This document shows, one piece after another, positions 36,151 through 45,982 of a stretch of 64,000 bases of DNA. The notes below the pieces were generated by a model. It was not told where the DNA came from, made no database searches, and saw only the letters and a program-made list of their open reading frames with translations. Source of the stretch: Fimbriimonadaceae bacterium (GTDB lineage Bacteria; Armatimonadota; UBA10988); the NCBI GenBank assembly GCA_020850355.1, contig JADZEX010000040.1:6339-70338 (forward strand), read 5' to 3'. How positions within the stretch are numbered: the stretch's first letter is position 1; each line of letters begins with the position of its first letter. The position numbers and the translations under genes were made by a program.

Positions 36151-36977
36151 ACGCCCGGCTGGCCCGGCGGATCTCGCGGCGCCGCTTCCTCCGGCGGCTG
36201 GCGCTGACGGGTCTCGGCGCCACGGCCTACAGTCTGTTCCTGGAACCGCGGCGGCTGCAGGTGACGACTCACGAAGTCATCCTGCCCGGCCTGCCCGCCG
36301 CCCTCGACGGGCTGCGGATCGCCCAGCTCAGCGACCTGCATCACAGCCCCTGGGTCACCGCGGCGCAGGTGGCGAAGGCCGTCCGCGCGGTCAACGCCGC
36401 CGGCGTCGACGTGGCCGTGCTGACCGGCGATGCGATCGACGGCAACGCTGCCTATGGCCGGTCAGTCGGCGCCTTGCTGGCCGCGGTGCAGGCCCCGCGC
36501 GGGCGCTACTTCGTCTACGGCAACCACGACCATTGGCGCGGCGTCGGGCCGCTCACCAGCGCCCTGCAGGCCGCCGGCTGGACCCTGCTCAACAACACGG
36601 TGGCCGCTTTGGCAGCGGGCCTGGCGGTGGCCGGCATTGACGACCTGCTGGCGGGCCAGCCGCAGCTCGGGCAGGTGCTGCGGCGGCTCAACCCGCGGCA
36701 GCCGGCGCTGTTTCTGAGCCACAACCCGCGAGTCTTCGGCGAACTGCCCCCGGCGCCGTGGCTGGTGCTGGCGGGGCACACCCACGGCGGGCAGGTCCAC
36801 CTGCCGGGCATCCCGCGGGTCCTGCCGCCCGACATGGACGGCACCCCGTGGGTGGTTGGCTGGTACCGCCGCGGTGCCGCCCAGATGTACATCACCCGCG
36901 GCATCGGCTGCGTCGTGCCACCGGTCCGTTTCAACTGCCCCCCGGAGCTGCCGGTCTTCACGCTGCGCCGCGGCTGA
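36114..36977 (+). CDS. Tat-secreted metallophosphoesterase (YkuE-like)
   Basis: ISRRRFLRRLALTGLGATAYS is a twin-arginine signal. DLH, GDAIDG, GNHD and GHTHGG are phosphoesterase motifs. There is no ATG upstream, so the start is assigned to GTG 36114, overlapping the FecR gene end. The start is uncertain. Confidence 0.7.
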   Translation: MGADGIGSGPEVDARLARRISRRRFLRRLALTGLGATAYSLFLEPRRLQVTTHEVILPGLPAALDGLRIAQLSDLHHSPWVTAAQVAKAVRAVNAAGVDVAVLTGDAIDGNAAYGRSVGALLAAVQAPRGRYFVYGNHDHWRGVGPLTSALQAAGWTLLNNTVAALAAGLAVAGIDDLLAGQPQLGQVLRRLNPRQPALFLSHNPRVFGELPPAPWLVLAGHTHGGQVHLPGIPRVLPPDMDGTPWVVGWYRRGAAQMYITRGIGCVVPPVRFNCPPELPVFTLRRG

Positions 36978-37185
36978 GCGGTCCCGCGACTCACTGCCCA
37001 GGCACCGAGTGGAGTCTGGCCTGGCTGGCCGGCCGAAGCGGTCCGGGCGCGGCGGGTCCGGTGGCTCGTTCAGGTGACCGTAACGCCCTGGCGTCACGCT
37101 CTCGCCTCTGATCGGCGTCCGGCCCGGTTGGTGCCCGCCAAAGGCCAGGCCGCGCCCTAAGCCAGCGGGCCTCCGGGGGTGAGCC

Positions 37186-38100
37186 TCAGAGCTCCCCCCG
37201 GCGCAACGCCTCCAACTCCTCGGCGGTGCGCGGCCAGTCCTGCTTGAGCAACGTCGACAGCCCCCGGTCGGCCAGCGGCCGGCCCCCGGTCTGGCAGCGC
37301 GGGCAGTAGTTGGTCTCGGTGTCGGCGTAGCGGATCCGTTCGATCAACCCCGCGCAGCGCGGGCAGGGCTGGCCGAACTTGCCGTGCGTCGCGAACTCCG
37401 GCCGGAAGGCGGTGACCGCGGCCGGTTCCGGAAAGCCGTCGCCCAGTTCGCGCTGCAGGCGGGCCGTGGCCTCCTGCAGCACGCTCTGCACCGCGGTGTG
37501 CAGCCGCGCCACCTGCACCTCGTCGAGCCGGGCCGTGGTCTGCAGTGGCGAGAGCTGCGCGTGCCACAGGATCTCGTCGCTGTAGGCGTTGCCAATGCCG
37601 GCGAACAGCCGTGGATCGGTCAGGCTGCGCTTCAGCGTGTGGTTCTCGCTGCGCAGCCGCGCCGCGAACGCCGGCAGGTCCAGGTCCAACGGCTCCAGCC
37701 CGCCCGGATCGTGCTCCGCCAGCGCGTCCCGCCCGGCGACCACGTGCAGCGCCGCGCGCTTCCGGCTGCCCGCCTCCAGCAGGCTGACCGCCCCGGCCGC
37801 CGTCTCGAAGACAGCCAGCAACACCTTCCCGCCGACCTTCGCCGGTGGCCGCGCCGACCACTTCAGGCGGCCCGCCAGCATCAGGTGCAGCACCAGGAAC
37901 AGGTCGTCGGCGAGAACCCACACCAACCGCTTCCCGAGCCGCTCGAACCCGGCAATCAGACGCCCCTCGACGGCGCTCAGCGACGGCTCCCAGGTCCGCA
38001 GCAAGAACGGACTGCCGACCCGCACTCGCGTCAGAACCTGCCCCTGCAGCCGGTGGGTCAGGGCGTGGCGGTACAGCTCCAGGTCGGGGAGTTCAGGCAT
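37186..38100 (-). CDS. Formamidopyrimidine-DNA glycosylase / endonuclease VIII family (Fpg/Nei)
   Basis: The N-terminus MPELPDLE carries the catalytic Pro2/Glu3. The C-terminal zinc finger is CPRCAGLIERIRYADTETNYCPRCQ. It has H2TH-type architecture. Confidence 0.85.
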   Translation of the reverse strand: MPELPDLELYRHALTHRLQGQVLTRVRVGSPFLLRTWEPSLSAVEGRLIAGFERLGKRLVWVLADDLFLVLHLMLAGRLKWSARPPAKVGGKVLLAVFETAAGAVSLLEAGSRKRAALHVVAGRDALAEHDPGGLEPLDLDLPAFAARLRSENHTLKRSLTDPRLFAGIGNAYSDEILWHAQLSPLQTTARLDEVQVARLHTAVQSVLQEATARLQRELGDGFPEPAAVTAFRPEFATHGKFGQPCPRCAGLIERIRYADTETNYCPRCQTGGRPLADRGLSTLLKQDWPRTAEELEALRRGEL

Positions 38101-38115
38101 CGGCGAGCCTCTCGC

Positions 38116-40809
38116 TCATTCCACCGGCTCCAAGCGCAGTCCCGCCACGGCGAAGACGCCGCCGATGGTCTCGCCGCCCATCAGGCCGAGCCAATCCACG
38201 GCCGCGAACTGCGGGTTGGCTGGGGGCTGCGCGGACAGGTGCAGCGGCGGGCCGGTGGGCGGGGTGATGGTCAGGGACCAGGTGCGGGTGGGCGTGGTCA
38301 CCGTCGGGTCGCCGAGGTCCACCAGCAGTTCGACGGCAACCCACTGGCCCAGCGGCAGCGTCCCGACGGTCTGCTCGCCCCGGCGCACGGCGCCGGTCGG
38401 CTGGACGTTGACCACCGGGCCGTCCCGGTAAGCCGCCTGGCCGCCGCCGTAGTCGCGCAGGCTGAAGCTCAGCTCGGCGGGGTGCTGCGGGTCGAGCCAC
38501 AGGTCAAACGCCAGCCGCACCCGGCCGCGGGTCCACGGGCGGCTGATCACGTAGAGGTGTGGCTGCCAGACCGCGGCGAGGCCGGCGGCCTTCTCGAAGC
38601 GCAGGCAGCTCCGGCCGGCGATGCTGGCGACGGTCACCAGGTCGCGGTCGGCCGGCACCAGGCTGACGCCGCTGGGTCGCTGCCCGACGGCCTGGCCGCT
38701 GAGGTCGAGCCGCCACGGTCGCGGCAGCGGCGGGGGTGGTGGGGTGGTCGGCTCCACCGGGTCGGGTTGCAGCGTCCGCGCGAGGTCGGCCAGCGGCCCC
38801 GGCGGCAGCCCGGCGCGGCCGGGGTCGAACGGCCGGAAGCCCAGCGCCAGGGCCGGCGAGTTGGGCTGCAAGCGGAAGTCGTCGGCCGCCGCGTTGACGA
38901 ACAGCGGGTCGGCGAGGCGGCTGTCCGGGTCGCGCCCGCTGGCCTGCCAGGTCGCCCAATCGACGCCGGCCAGGCGCGGCGCCTGGCCGCTGGTATCCCA
39001 GTAGAGGTTGCGCCGGAAGTCGGTGCGGGCTCGCAGCGGGCTGAAGTGCTCGCTGGCGGCCTCGCCGCGGTCGCTGAGCACGATGTTGCCCTCGAAGGTG
39101 TAACTGAGATGCTCCTCGGCGCGGGCGCAAGAGAGCGGGCTGCGGCGGGCGAAGGCGAAGATGTTGTTGCGCGCGATGTTCTCGCGGCCGTAGTGCTGGT
39201 GGAACAGGATCCCGGTGCGGTAGACCAGGTTGTCCTCGTCGAGGATGCCGGTCGAGCCCTCGTCGTGGTACAGCCCCAACCCGCCGTCGGGCATCAGCGG
39301 CGTCGGGATCACATCGTGGATCACGTTGCCCCGCAGCACCGTGCCGGGCGACACGCCGAGTGTGTAGATCCCGCCGCCGTCGCTGAAGTAGCCGTTGCCG
39401 ATGTGGTGGATCCGGTTGTACTCGATCGTGTTGTGGTGCGCGCTGCTGGGGGCGTAGCCCCAGCTCCAGCCAACCCCGATGCCGAGGTGGTGGAAGCCGC
39501 AGATCTCGTTCTGGCGGACCTGATTGTACGACGCGCGGCCGATCCAAACGCCCTGACTCCCCCGGAACAGCCGCGAGCCGTGGTGCAGCAGACAGCCCTC
39601 CACGGTGACGTGCGAGACGGCCGTCGCCGCGCGGTCACCGCCCTGCCGCGGCCCAATGTAGATCGCGCCACCACCCAGATCATGAAAATGACTGTTGCGC
39701 AGTTGGTCGTGCTGACATCCTTCGTCCAACCAGACACCGTTCTCACCAGCATGAGCGATGGTGCAGCCCTCGAACTGGCTGTGGCGCAGGCCGGTGGCGT
39801 GGACCAGGCCGTCGCGCTCGACCGCCGATTGCTGGTCGCGCGGCATCTCGACGCTCAGTGCGGCGGCGGGGTGGGCGAAGGTGAGGTCGCGGAAGGTGAG
39901 CTGTTCGACCAGCTCGCCGGCCGCCGGATTGCCACGAATCGCGAGCAGCGTGCCCGTGACCTGCGGGACGATCACCGCGGCGGTGGTGAGGTCCTCGCCG
40001 GGTCGCGGCAGGTAACTGACCTCGCCCGTGCGGGAGTCGAGCAGCCACTCGCCGGGAGCGTCCAGCGCCGCCCGCAGCCCTTCGATATGGTAGCGGGTGC
40101 CGCTCTCCCACCAGTAGCCGATCGGCCAGGTGCTGCGCGGCGCCAGCTTGACCGTGTGGGTGGCCGGGTCGAGCGCGGTGATGCGGTGGATTGAGGTGGT
40201 CCAGGAGTGGTAGATCACCAGCCAGGCCTGGTCAAGGTCGGCCGCCGGTTGGAGGTCCTGGTCGCGGTAGATGAACCCAGTCTTGGCGAGGATCGCCGGG
40301 TCGTACCACGTGCCGCGGTCGAAGGGGGCCAGGATGTCGGCGGTGTAGAGGTAGCCGGTGTTGGGTGTCCGTGCCCGCACAGCGCGGCGGCCGTCGACCC
40401 ACAGGGTGTGAAAGACGGTGCCCGCCGGCACGCTGGTGGTCCACCGCCCATCGGGCTGGCGCTGCCAGCCGGTCAGGCGGCGACCGCCCGAGATCACGAC
40501 GCGCTCGCCCGGCGCGGCCGCCCACTCGACCGGCGCTTCGGCGCGGCCGGAGTCGGCGGGAGTCAGCTCCAGCCGCGCGGTCAGGGCGTAGGTGCCGCCG
40601 CGCAGCAGCAGCCGCCGCGGGCCGGCGATGCCGCGGAGCTGGTCGCGAGCGTGGGGCAGCGTCGCCCAGGGACCATCGGTGCCGGTGGCGTTCGGGGCGG
40701 GCAGGCGGCCCGACCAGGCGTCGCGGCCGGCGGGCGCCAAGTAGCGGGTCGTGGCCTCTGGCGCGGGGGCCAGCAGGGCGGTCAGAGCGAGCAGCAGCGG
40801 CCACGGCAT
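38116..40809 (-). CDS. Secreted right-handed parallel beta-helix (pectate-lyase fold) protein with an additional C-terminal domain
   Basis: Signal peptide MPWPLLLALTALLAPAPEA, with GGGAG 7 nt upstream of ATG 40809. Repeated NxxxxNxI/GGGIY beta-helix rungs are present (GNVIHD, NNIFAF, NTIEYNRIHHIGNGYFSDGGGIY). The ORF-track extension to 42966 is antisense to the GH9 gene and is rejected. Confidence 0.75.
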   Translation of the reverse strand: MPWPLLLALTALLAPAPEATTRYLAPAGRDAWSGRLPAPNATGTDGPWATLPHARDQLRGIAGPRRLLLRGGTYALTARLELTPADSGRAEAPVEWAAAPGERVVISGGRRLTGWQRQPDGRWTTSVPAGTVFHTLWVDGRRAVRARTPNTGYLYTADILAPFDRGTWYDPAILAKTGFIYRDQDLQPAADLDQAWLVIYHSWTTSIHRITALDPATHTVKLAPRSTWPIGYWWESGTRYHIEGLRAALDAPGEWLLDSRTGEVSYLPRPGEDLTTAAVIVPQVTGTLLAIRGNPAAGELVEQLTFRDLTFAHPAAALSVEMPRDQQSAVERDGLVHATGLRHSQFEGCTIAHAGENGVWLDEGCQHDQLRNSHFHDLGGGAIYIGPRQGGDRAATAVSHVTVEGCLLHHGSRLFRGSQGVWIGRASYNQVRQNEICGFHHLGIGVGWSWGYAPSSAHHNTIEYNRIHHIGNGYFSDGGGIYTLGVSPGTVLRGNVIHDVIPTPLMPDGGLGLYHDEGSTGILDEDNLVYRTGILFHQHYGRENIARNNIFAFARRSPLSCARAEEHLSYTFEGNIVLSDRGEAASEHFSPLRARTDFRRNLYWDTSGQAPRLAGVDWATWQASGRDPDSRLADPLFVNAAADDFRLQPNSPALALGFRPFDPGRAGLPPGPLADLARTLQPDPVEPTTPPPPPLPRPWRLDLSGQAVGQRPSGVSLVPADRDLVTVASIAGRSCLRFEKAAGLAAVWQPHLYVISRPWTRGRVRLAFDLWLDPQHPAELSFSLRDYGGGQAAYRDGPVVNVQPTGAVRRGEQTVGTLPLGQWVAVELLVDLGDPTVTTPTRTWSLTITPPTGPPLHLSAQPPANPQFAAVDWLGLMGGETIGGVFAVAGLRLEPVE

Positions 40810-40908
40810 CGCGAGCTCCCAGGCGGATCGCCGGTTCGCGCTGGGGCCGGCTGAACCTGCCGGCAGGAGCGCCGTCCGATTCCCCGAACCGCGCCCCTGG
40901 AGCTGCCG

Positions 40909-43299
40909 ATGATCCGACCCTTGTCGTCCCTCCTGCTGGCCGTTGCGCTGGTCGCCTGCCAGGCCCAACCGGTGGAGCCCGGCCGCGCCGTCCAGGCCGC
41001 CGCGGCGGCGGCCAATCCGCCTGACGACGGTCCGCGGGTGACCCACCTCGGCGCCGTCGCGGCCGATGTCCTGGAGGTCGTGCTGGCCGTCGGGCAGGCC
41101 AAGCATGGCGTGCAGCAGGCCTACGTGCCGCAGCCCGGCGACCAGGTCCGGCAGGAAGGCCGCGGCCGGGTCCTGGTCCGTGGCGGCCGCCCGGTCGGCA
41201 ACATCGTCGGGCCGCAGGGCAACGTCTTCACGCCGTACGACGCGGTGGTCGGCAGCGGGCGCGAGCGGCCGGTCGACCGGCTCGCCGACTACCGCCTGCA
41301 GTCGACCGACGACCCGGCCTATGCGCAGCCCCAGGCGCCGCGGAAGCTGTCCCGCAAGAGCAAGCCGACCGACCTCTGCCGGACCGCTGGCTGGTCCTTC
41401 GACTCCCCGCTGGAGCACCATCTCTTCCTGCACCTCCCGGCGCCGCTGCAGGTCGGCCGGTCGTACACCCTCAGCCTCGGCGAACTCGGCCCGGCGCCGC
41501 AGCGCTTCACCTTCGATCCGGCGCAACTGCGCAGCGAGGCCGTGCATGTCAGCGCCGTCGGCTTCGCGCCGAGCGACCCCTACAAGGTCGCCTTCCTGAG
41601 TTGCTGGCTGGGCGATGGCGGCGGGCTGAGCTACCCGGCCGAGCTGCCCTTCGAGGTGGTCCAGGCGGCCACCGGAGCGGTCGCCGCGGCGGGCCGGGCC
41701 GTCTTGGCGAAGGGCGCCACCGCCGCCGATGAGGACGCCTACAAGCGCAACCACAACGGCTGCGATGTCTGGCGGCTGGAGTTCGGGCAGCTCACCACGC
41801 CGGGTGAGTACCGCGTGGTGGTCCCCGGCGTGGGCTGCTCGTTCCCGTTCAAGATCGCCCCGACGGTCTGGCGCGAGGCCTTCACCGTCGCAGCGCGGGG
41901 GTTCTACCACCAACGCAGCGGCCCGGCCCTGGGCCCGCCCTACACCGACTTCCAGCGCCCGCGCTGCTTCCTGCCGGCCGACGGCGTGCAGGTCTACCAC
42001 AGCACCTGCGGGCTGGTCGACAGCGGCAATGGCCTCGGCCAGGACGATGGCAACTTCGGCAACCTGGTGCGGGGCAAGACCGACCAGGTGGTCGCCGACG
42101 CCTGGGGCGGCTACATGGACGCCGGCGACTGGGACCGCCGGATCCAGCATCTGGTGGTGACGCGGTACCTGCTGGATCTGGCCGAGCAGCGCGCCGCGAC
42201 CTTCGACGGGTTGGGGCTGAACCTCCCCGAGAGCGGCAACGCGCTGCCCGACGTTGTCGACGAGGCGCTCTTCAACCTCGACCATTATCGCCGTATGCAG
42301 ACCCCCGAGGGCGGCATCCGTGGAGGGGTCGAGAGCTCCGAGCATCCCAACCAGGGGGAGTGCTCCTGGCAGGAAACCCTCACGGTGATGGCCTACGCGC
42401 CGGACCCGTGGTGCAGCTATGTCTACGCGGCGACCGCTGGCCAGGCGGCCCGGGTGCTGCGCGGCCACGACGCGGCGCTGGCCGAGACGTACCTGCAAAG
42501 CGCCCTCCGCGCGATGCGCTGGGCCGAAGCGGCGCTCCCGGCGCGGGCCGGCAAGGGCGACCACCATGCCGTGCTCGACTCCCGCAACTTCGCGGCCGCG
42601 GTGCTCTTCAGCTTGACCGGCGACGCCGCCTGGCACGAGTTGTTCAAGCAGACCAGCGTGTTCGTCGATCCGCGGGCCGAGGGCGAGAGCTGGGGCAAGC
42701 ACGACCAGCGGGACGCCGCCTGGGAGTACGTCCATTGCAGCCGCCCCGGGGTCGACCTGAACCTGCAGACCAACGCCCGCGGGGCCCTGCTGCGGGAGGC
42801 CGACTTCTGGCTGATGTGGGGCCAGCGGGTCGGCTTCGGCTTCACCAAGAACCCCTGGGCGCCGCTGGCCTACGGTGGGGCGACCCGGCCGCCGGTGCCG
42901 ATCGCGCGGGCCTGGCTGCTGACCAACGACCGCAAGTACCACACCGCCTTGTTGCGCGCGGTGCAACAGCAGCTTGGCGCCAATCCGCTGAACATGTGCT
43001 ACACCACCGGCCTCGGGCCGCGCTGGCCGCAGAACCCGCTGCAGCTCGATTCGCGGCAGACGGGGCAGGCCCCGCCGGCCGGCCTGACGGTCTTTGGGCC
43101 GCAGTACCTGGGCGATCAGACCGGCAACTTCGCCTTCAAGCTGGTGGCGCCGAAGGCCTATCCCGAGCTGGTCAAGTGGCCGTCGATGGAGGCCTACTTC
43201 GACGTCTTCTGGTGGCCGTCGATGTGCGAGTACACGGTGCAGTCACCGATGGCCGACGTCGCCTTCTGCTTCGGCGTGCTGGCCGCCAGCGTCAAGTAG
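40909..43299 (+). CDS. Glycoside hydrolase family 9 protein with an N-terminal Ig-like (CelD_N-type) domain; lipoprotein signal
   Basis: MIRPLSSLLLAVALVACQ contains a lipobox. GGYMDAGDWDRR is the GH9 GGWxDAGD signature. Additional GH9 blocks (ALLREADFWLMWGQ, NMCYTTGLG) are present. Confidence 0.85.
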   Translation: MIRPLSSLLLAVALVACQAQPVEPGRAVQAAAAAANPPDDGPRVTHLGAVAADVLEVVLAVGQAKHGVQQAYVPQPGDQVRQEGRGRVLVRGGRPVGNIVGPQGNVFTPYDAVVGSGRERPVDRLADYRLQSTDDPAYAQPQAPRKLSRKSKPTDLCRTAGWSFDSPLEHHLFLHLPAPLQVGRSYTLSLGELGPAPQRFTFDPAQLRSEAVHVSAVGFAPSDPYKVAFLSCWLGDGGGLSYPAELPFEVVQAATGAVAAAGRAVLAKGATAADEDAYKRNHNGCDVWRLEFGQLTTPGEYRVVVPGVGCSFPFKIAPTVWREAFTVAARGFYHQRSGPALGPPYTDFQRPRCFLPADGVQVYHSTCGLVDSGNGLGQDDGNFGNLVRGKTDQVVADAWGGYMDAGDWDRRIQHLVVTRYLLDLAEQRAATFDGLGLNLPESGNALPDVVDEALFNLDHYRRMQTPEGGIRGGVESSEHPNQGECSWQETLTVMAYAPDPWCSYVYAATAGQAARVLRGHDAALAETYLQSALRAMRWAEAALPARAGKGDHHAVLDSRNFAAAVLFSLTGDAAWHELFKQTSVFVDPRAEGESWGKHDQRDAAWEYVHCSRPGVDLNLQTNARGALLREADFWLMWGQRVGFGFTKNPWAPLAYGGATRPPVPIARAWLLTNDRKYHTALLRAVQQQLGANPLNMCYTTGLGPRWPQNPLQLDSRQTGQAPPAGLTVFGPQYLGDQTGNFAFKLVAPKAYPELVKWPSMEAYFDVFWWPSMCEYTVQSPMADVAFCFGVLAASVK

Positions 43300-43312
43300 G
43301 GCGGAGCGCACC

Positions 43313-44221
43313 ATGCCGTACGCCGTCCTGACCGCGGCGCTGTTTGCGGTCTCGATGCTCTTCGCCACCCGCTCGACGCGCAACGTCGGTGTCGGGCGGG
43401 CAACGCTGTTGCGGATCCTGCTCGCCACCACGGTGCTCGGCCTGTGGGCCGCGGCCGCGGGCCGCGGGCTGCCGCGGGCGGCGGTCGCCTGGTTGCTGCT
43501 GAGCGGCCTGATCGGCATGGGTCTCGGCGACGTCGCCGCCTTCGCGGCGATCCCGCGGATCGGCGGCCGGCTCAGCGCGGTGATCGGCCAGTGTCTCTGC
43601 GCGCCCTTCGCGCTGGCCAGCGAGGCGCTCTGGCTGGGCACCCGGGTGACCGGCCTGGAGCTGCTCACGGTGCTGCTGATCCTGGGCGGCCTGGCCCTCT
43701 CGCTGGAGCCCGACCGCCACCGCGAACCGCGCCGGGAGGTCACCGCGGGGGCCTTCCGCGGGGGCCTGTTGCTGGCCGTCCTGGGCTCCCTCAGCACCGC
43801 TGTTGGCGCCGTCGGCAGTCGGCTGGCCCTCGACTGTCTGCCGGCCGGCGCGACCTGGCACCCGGCCACGGCGGCGTTCTGGCGAATGGTCGCCGGCACC
43901 GGCGTGACCCTGCTGTTCTACGCCCCGCTGCTGCGCCACTGGGTCCAGGCGGCGCGCGCCGGCCGCGCCCAACCGGCGCTGCCGCGCTACGGCGCGACCA
44001 TCGCCAACGCCTTCTGCGGCTCGATCTTCGGGATGGCCGCGATGCAGCAGGCCCTCGCGACGACGCCCGCCGGGGTCGTCCTGGCGGTCACCGCCACCGC
44101 GCCGATCGGCACGATGCTGCTGCTCTGGCTGCTCGAAGGCAGCCGCCCCACGGCCCGCGCGGCGCTCGGCGGATTCGTCGCGGTGGGCGGCGTGGTGGTG
44201 CTGCAAACGGTCCGTGGGTAG
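43313..44221 (+). CDS. EamA/DMT-superfamily transporter
   Basis: Ten hydrophobic helices in two EamA-like halves. The ATG at 43313 lies 14 nt after the GH9 stop, with GGCGGAG upstream. The ORF-track N-terminal extension is rejected. Confidence 0.8.
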   Translation: MPYAVLTAALFAVSMLFATRSTRNVGVGRATLLRILLATTVLGLWAAAAGRGLPRAAVAWLLLSGLIGMGLGDVAAFAAIPRIGGRLSAVIGQCLCAPFALASEALWLGTRVTGLELLTVLLILGGLALSLEPDRHREPRREVTAGAFRGGLLLAVLGSLSTAVGAVGSRLALDCLPAGATWHPATAAFWRMVAGTGVTLLFYAPLLRHWVQAARAGRAQPALPRYGATIANAFCGSIFGMAAMQQALATTPAGVVLAVTATAPIGTMLLLWLLEGSRPTARAALGGFVAVGGVVVLQTVRG

Positions 44222-44347
44222 GCCCGCGGAGCGGCGTCGCGGGGAGTCGACGGCCCGCGGGCGGGTTGACCGCGGCCGCGATTGCTGCTACCGTGGAGCG
44301 GCATTGCGCCTCGCGACGGTCACGGCCGTGGGGCGCGGGAAGACTGC

Positions 44348-45085
44348 ATGATCGTCATCCGGGACGTCACCGTCCGCTACCATCGCGGGCCGGAGGCGTT
44401 GGCGAGGGCGAACCTCCAGATCCGCCGCGGCGAGTTCGTGTTCCTGGTCGGCACCTCCGGCTCGGGCAAGAGCACGCTGCTGAAGCTGCTCTACCGCGAT
44501 CTGCTGCCGACCGAGGGCCGGGTCTGGGTCAACGACCAGGACCTCACCACGCTGTCCCGGCGGGAGATTCCCCTGCTGCGGCGCCAGCTCGGGGTGGTCT
44601 TTCAGGATTACCGCCTGCTGCCCTACAAGACCGCCAGCGAGAACGTCGCCTTCGCCCTCGAGGTGATCGGCGACGAGCCGCGACAGATGCACCGCAAGGT
44701 GATGCGGGCACTGGCGCGGGTCGGGCTGCAGCAGCGTCAGGGCGCCATGCCGCACGAGCTGTCGGGCGGCGAGCAGCAGCGCATCAGCATCGCGCGGGCG
44801 CTGGTCAACGATCCGGTGCTGCTGCTGGCCGACGAGCCGACGGGCAACCTCGACCCCGACTCCAGCCTGGGTGTGATGCAGCTCCTCGACGAGATCGCGG
44901 CGAGCGGCACGACCGTGGTGGTGGCGACGCACGACCGCCACATGGTCGACCACTTCCGCAAACGGGTCGTGGAACTGGTCGACGGCCGGATTGTCAGGGA
45001 CGAGGAACTGGCCGGCTACGCCCGTCCGAGCGAGCCGGCGGTGGCCGCGGCGCCGGTGGAGGGAGTCGACCTTGCGGAGGCTTGA
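44348..45085 (+). CDS. ftsE: Cell-division ABC transporter ATP-binding protein FtsE
   Basis: MIVIRDVTVRY...LVGTSGSGKSTLLKLL (Walker A), LSGGEQQRISIARAL (ABC signature) and LLLADEPTGNLD (Walker B). Confidence 0.9.
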   Translation: MIVIRDVTVRYHRGPEALARANLQIRRGEFVFLVGTSGSGKSTLLKLLYRDLLPTEGRVWVNDQDLTTLSRREIPLLRRQLGVVFQDYRLLPYKTASENVAFALEVIGDEPRQMHRKVMRALARVGLQQRQGAMPHELSGGEQQRISIARALVNDPVLLLADEPTGNLDPDSSLGVMQLLDEIAASGTTVVVATHDRHMVDHFRKRVVELVDGRIVRDEELAGYARPSEPAVAAAPVEGVDLAEA

Positions 45086-45956
45086 GTTTCAGATCAGCGA
45101 GGTCTTCACCAACATCCGCCGCAACGGCATCCTGTCGCTGGCGGCGGTGCTGACGGTGCTCGCCTCGCTGGCCATCCTCAGCCTGTTCTTCCTGATGCAG
45201 CGCAACCTGCAGGGCCTCCTGGAAGAGCAGACCCGCAAGGCGCAGATCTCGGCGTTCCTGAAGCCGGGGCTGAGCGAGGCCGAGCAGCAGGCCCTGCGGG
45301 AGCAGATCACCGCCATCGCTGGGGTGGCGCAGGTCGAGTACGTGTCGCCCCAGGCGGCCCTGGCGCGGACGATCGAGTCGATGGATCTTTCGGCTGCGGA
45401 ACGCAAGCTGCTGGGCCCGGAGAACCGCCTGCCGGCCAAGTTTGCGGTGCATCCAGCCGATCCGGCCGGCATCGAAAGCGTCGCGGAGCAACTGCAGAAG
45501 CTCGCCGGTGTCCAAGATGTGCGGTATGGCGAGAAGGTTGTAGCGCCCCTCAACGAGTTGCAGCGTCGCTTCCGGCAATGGGGCTGGGGCGCGCTGGTGG
45601 TGCTTTCGCTGGCGACTTGTGGTATCATCAGCAACGCGATTCGGCTGACGATCTATGCCCGGCGCCGCGAGATCCGCATCATGCAGCTCGTTGGTGCGAC
45701 GGACGGGTTCATCCGGATGCCCTTCTTGCTGGAGGGTTTGGTGCATGGCATTGTTGGCGGGCTGCTCGCCTTGCTGACGACGTCCGTGCTCTACGCTCAG
45801 GTGCGTGAGGCCAGTGCGGTGATCATTCCGTGGCTGAAGCTCATCTCTTTGGAGGAGTTGATGCCGTCGTTCGGAATCGGTCTGGTAGCGCTGGGTATGC
45901 TGTTCGGGTTCGGCAGTTCGTTGGTGTCGATCCGGCAGTTCCTGCGCGAGGCCTGA
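45072..45956 (+). CDS. ftsX: Cell-division permease FtsX
   Basis: The TTG start at 45072 has GGAGGGAG upstream and overlaps the ftsE 3' end by 14 nt. It has an FtsX-like topology: a first TM, a large periplasmic loop, then three C-terminal TMs (ISNAIRLTIYARRREIRIMQLVGATDGFIRMPFLLEG). Confidence 0.85.
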   Translation: MRRLEFQISEVFTNIRRNGILSLAAVLTVLASLAILSLFFLMQRNLQGLLEEQTRKAQISAFLKPGLSEAEQQALREQITAIAGVAQVEYVSPQAALARTIESMDLSAAERKLLGPENRLPAKFAVHPADPAGIESVAEQLQKLAGVQDVRYGEKVVAPLNELQRRFRQWGWGALVVLSLATCGIISNAIRLTIYARRREIRIMQLVGATDGFIRMPFLLEGLVHGIVGGLLALLTTSVLYAQVREASAVIIPWLKLISLEELMPSFGIGLVALGMLFGFGSSLVSIRQFLREA

Positions 45957-45982
45957 GCCTGGTGCAAAGGAGAGCCGAAGGA

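Noticed and set aside
40810-42966. N-terminal 700 aa of the 1616-aa minus-strand ORF
   Set aside because: It is antisense to the GH9 gene. The real beta-helix gene starts at a signal peptide with an SD at 40809.
44260-44300. TTGACC-16-CTACCG element upstream of ftsE
   Set aside because: The -10 is too poor to call without TSS data.
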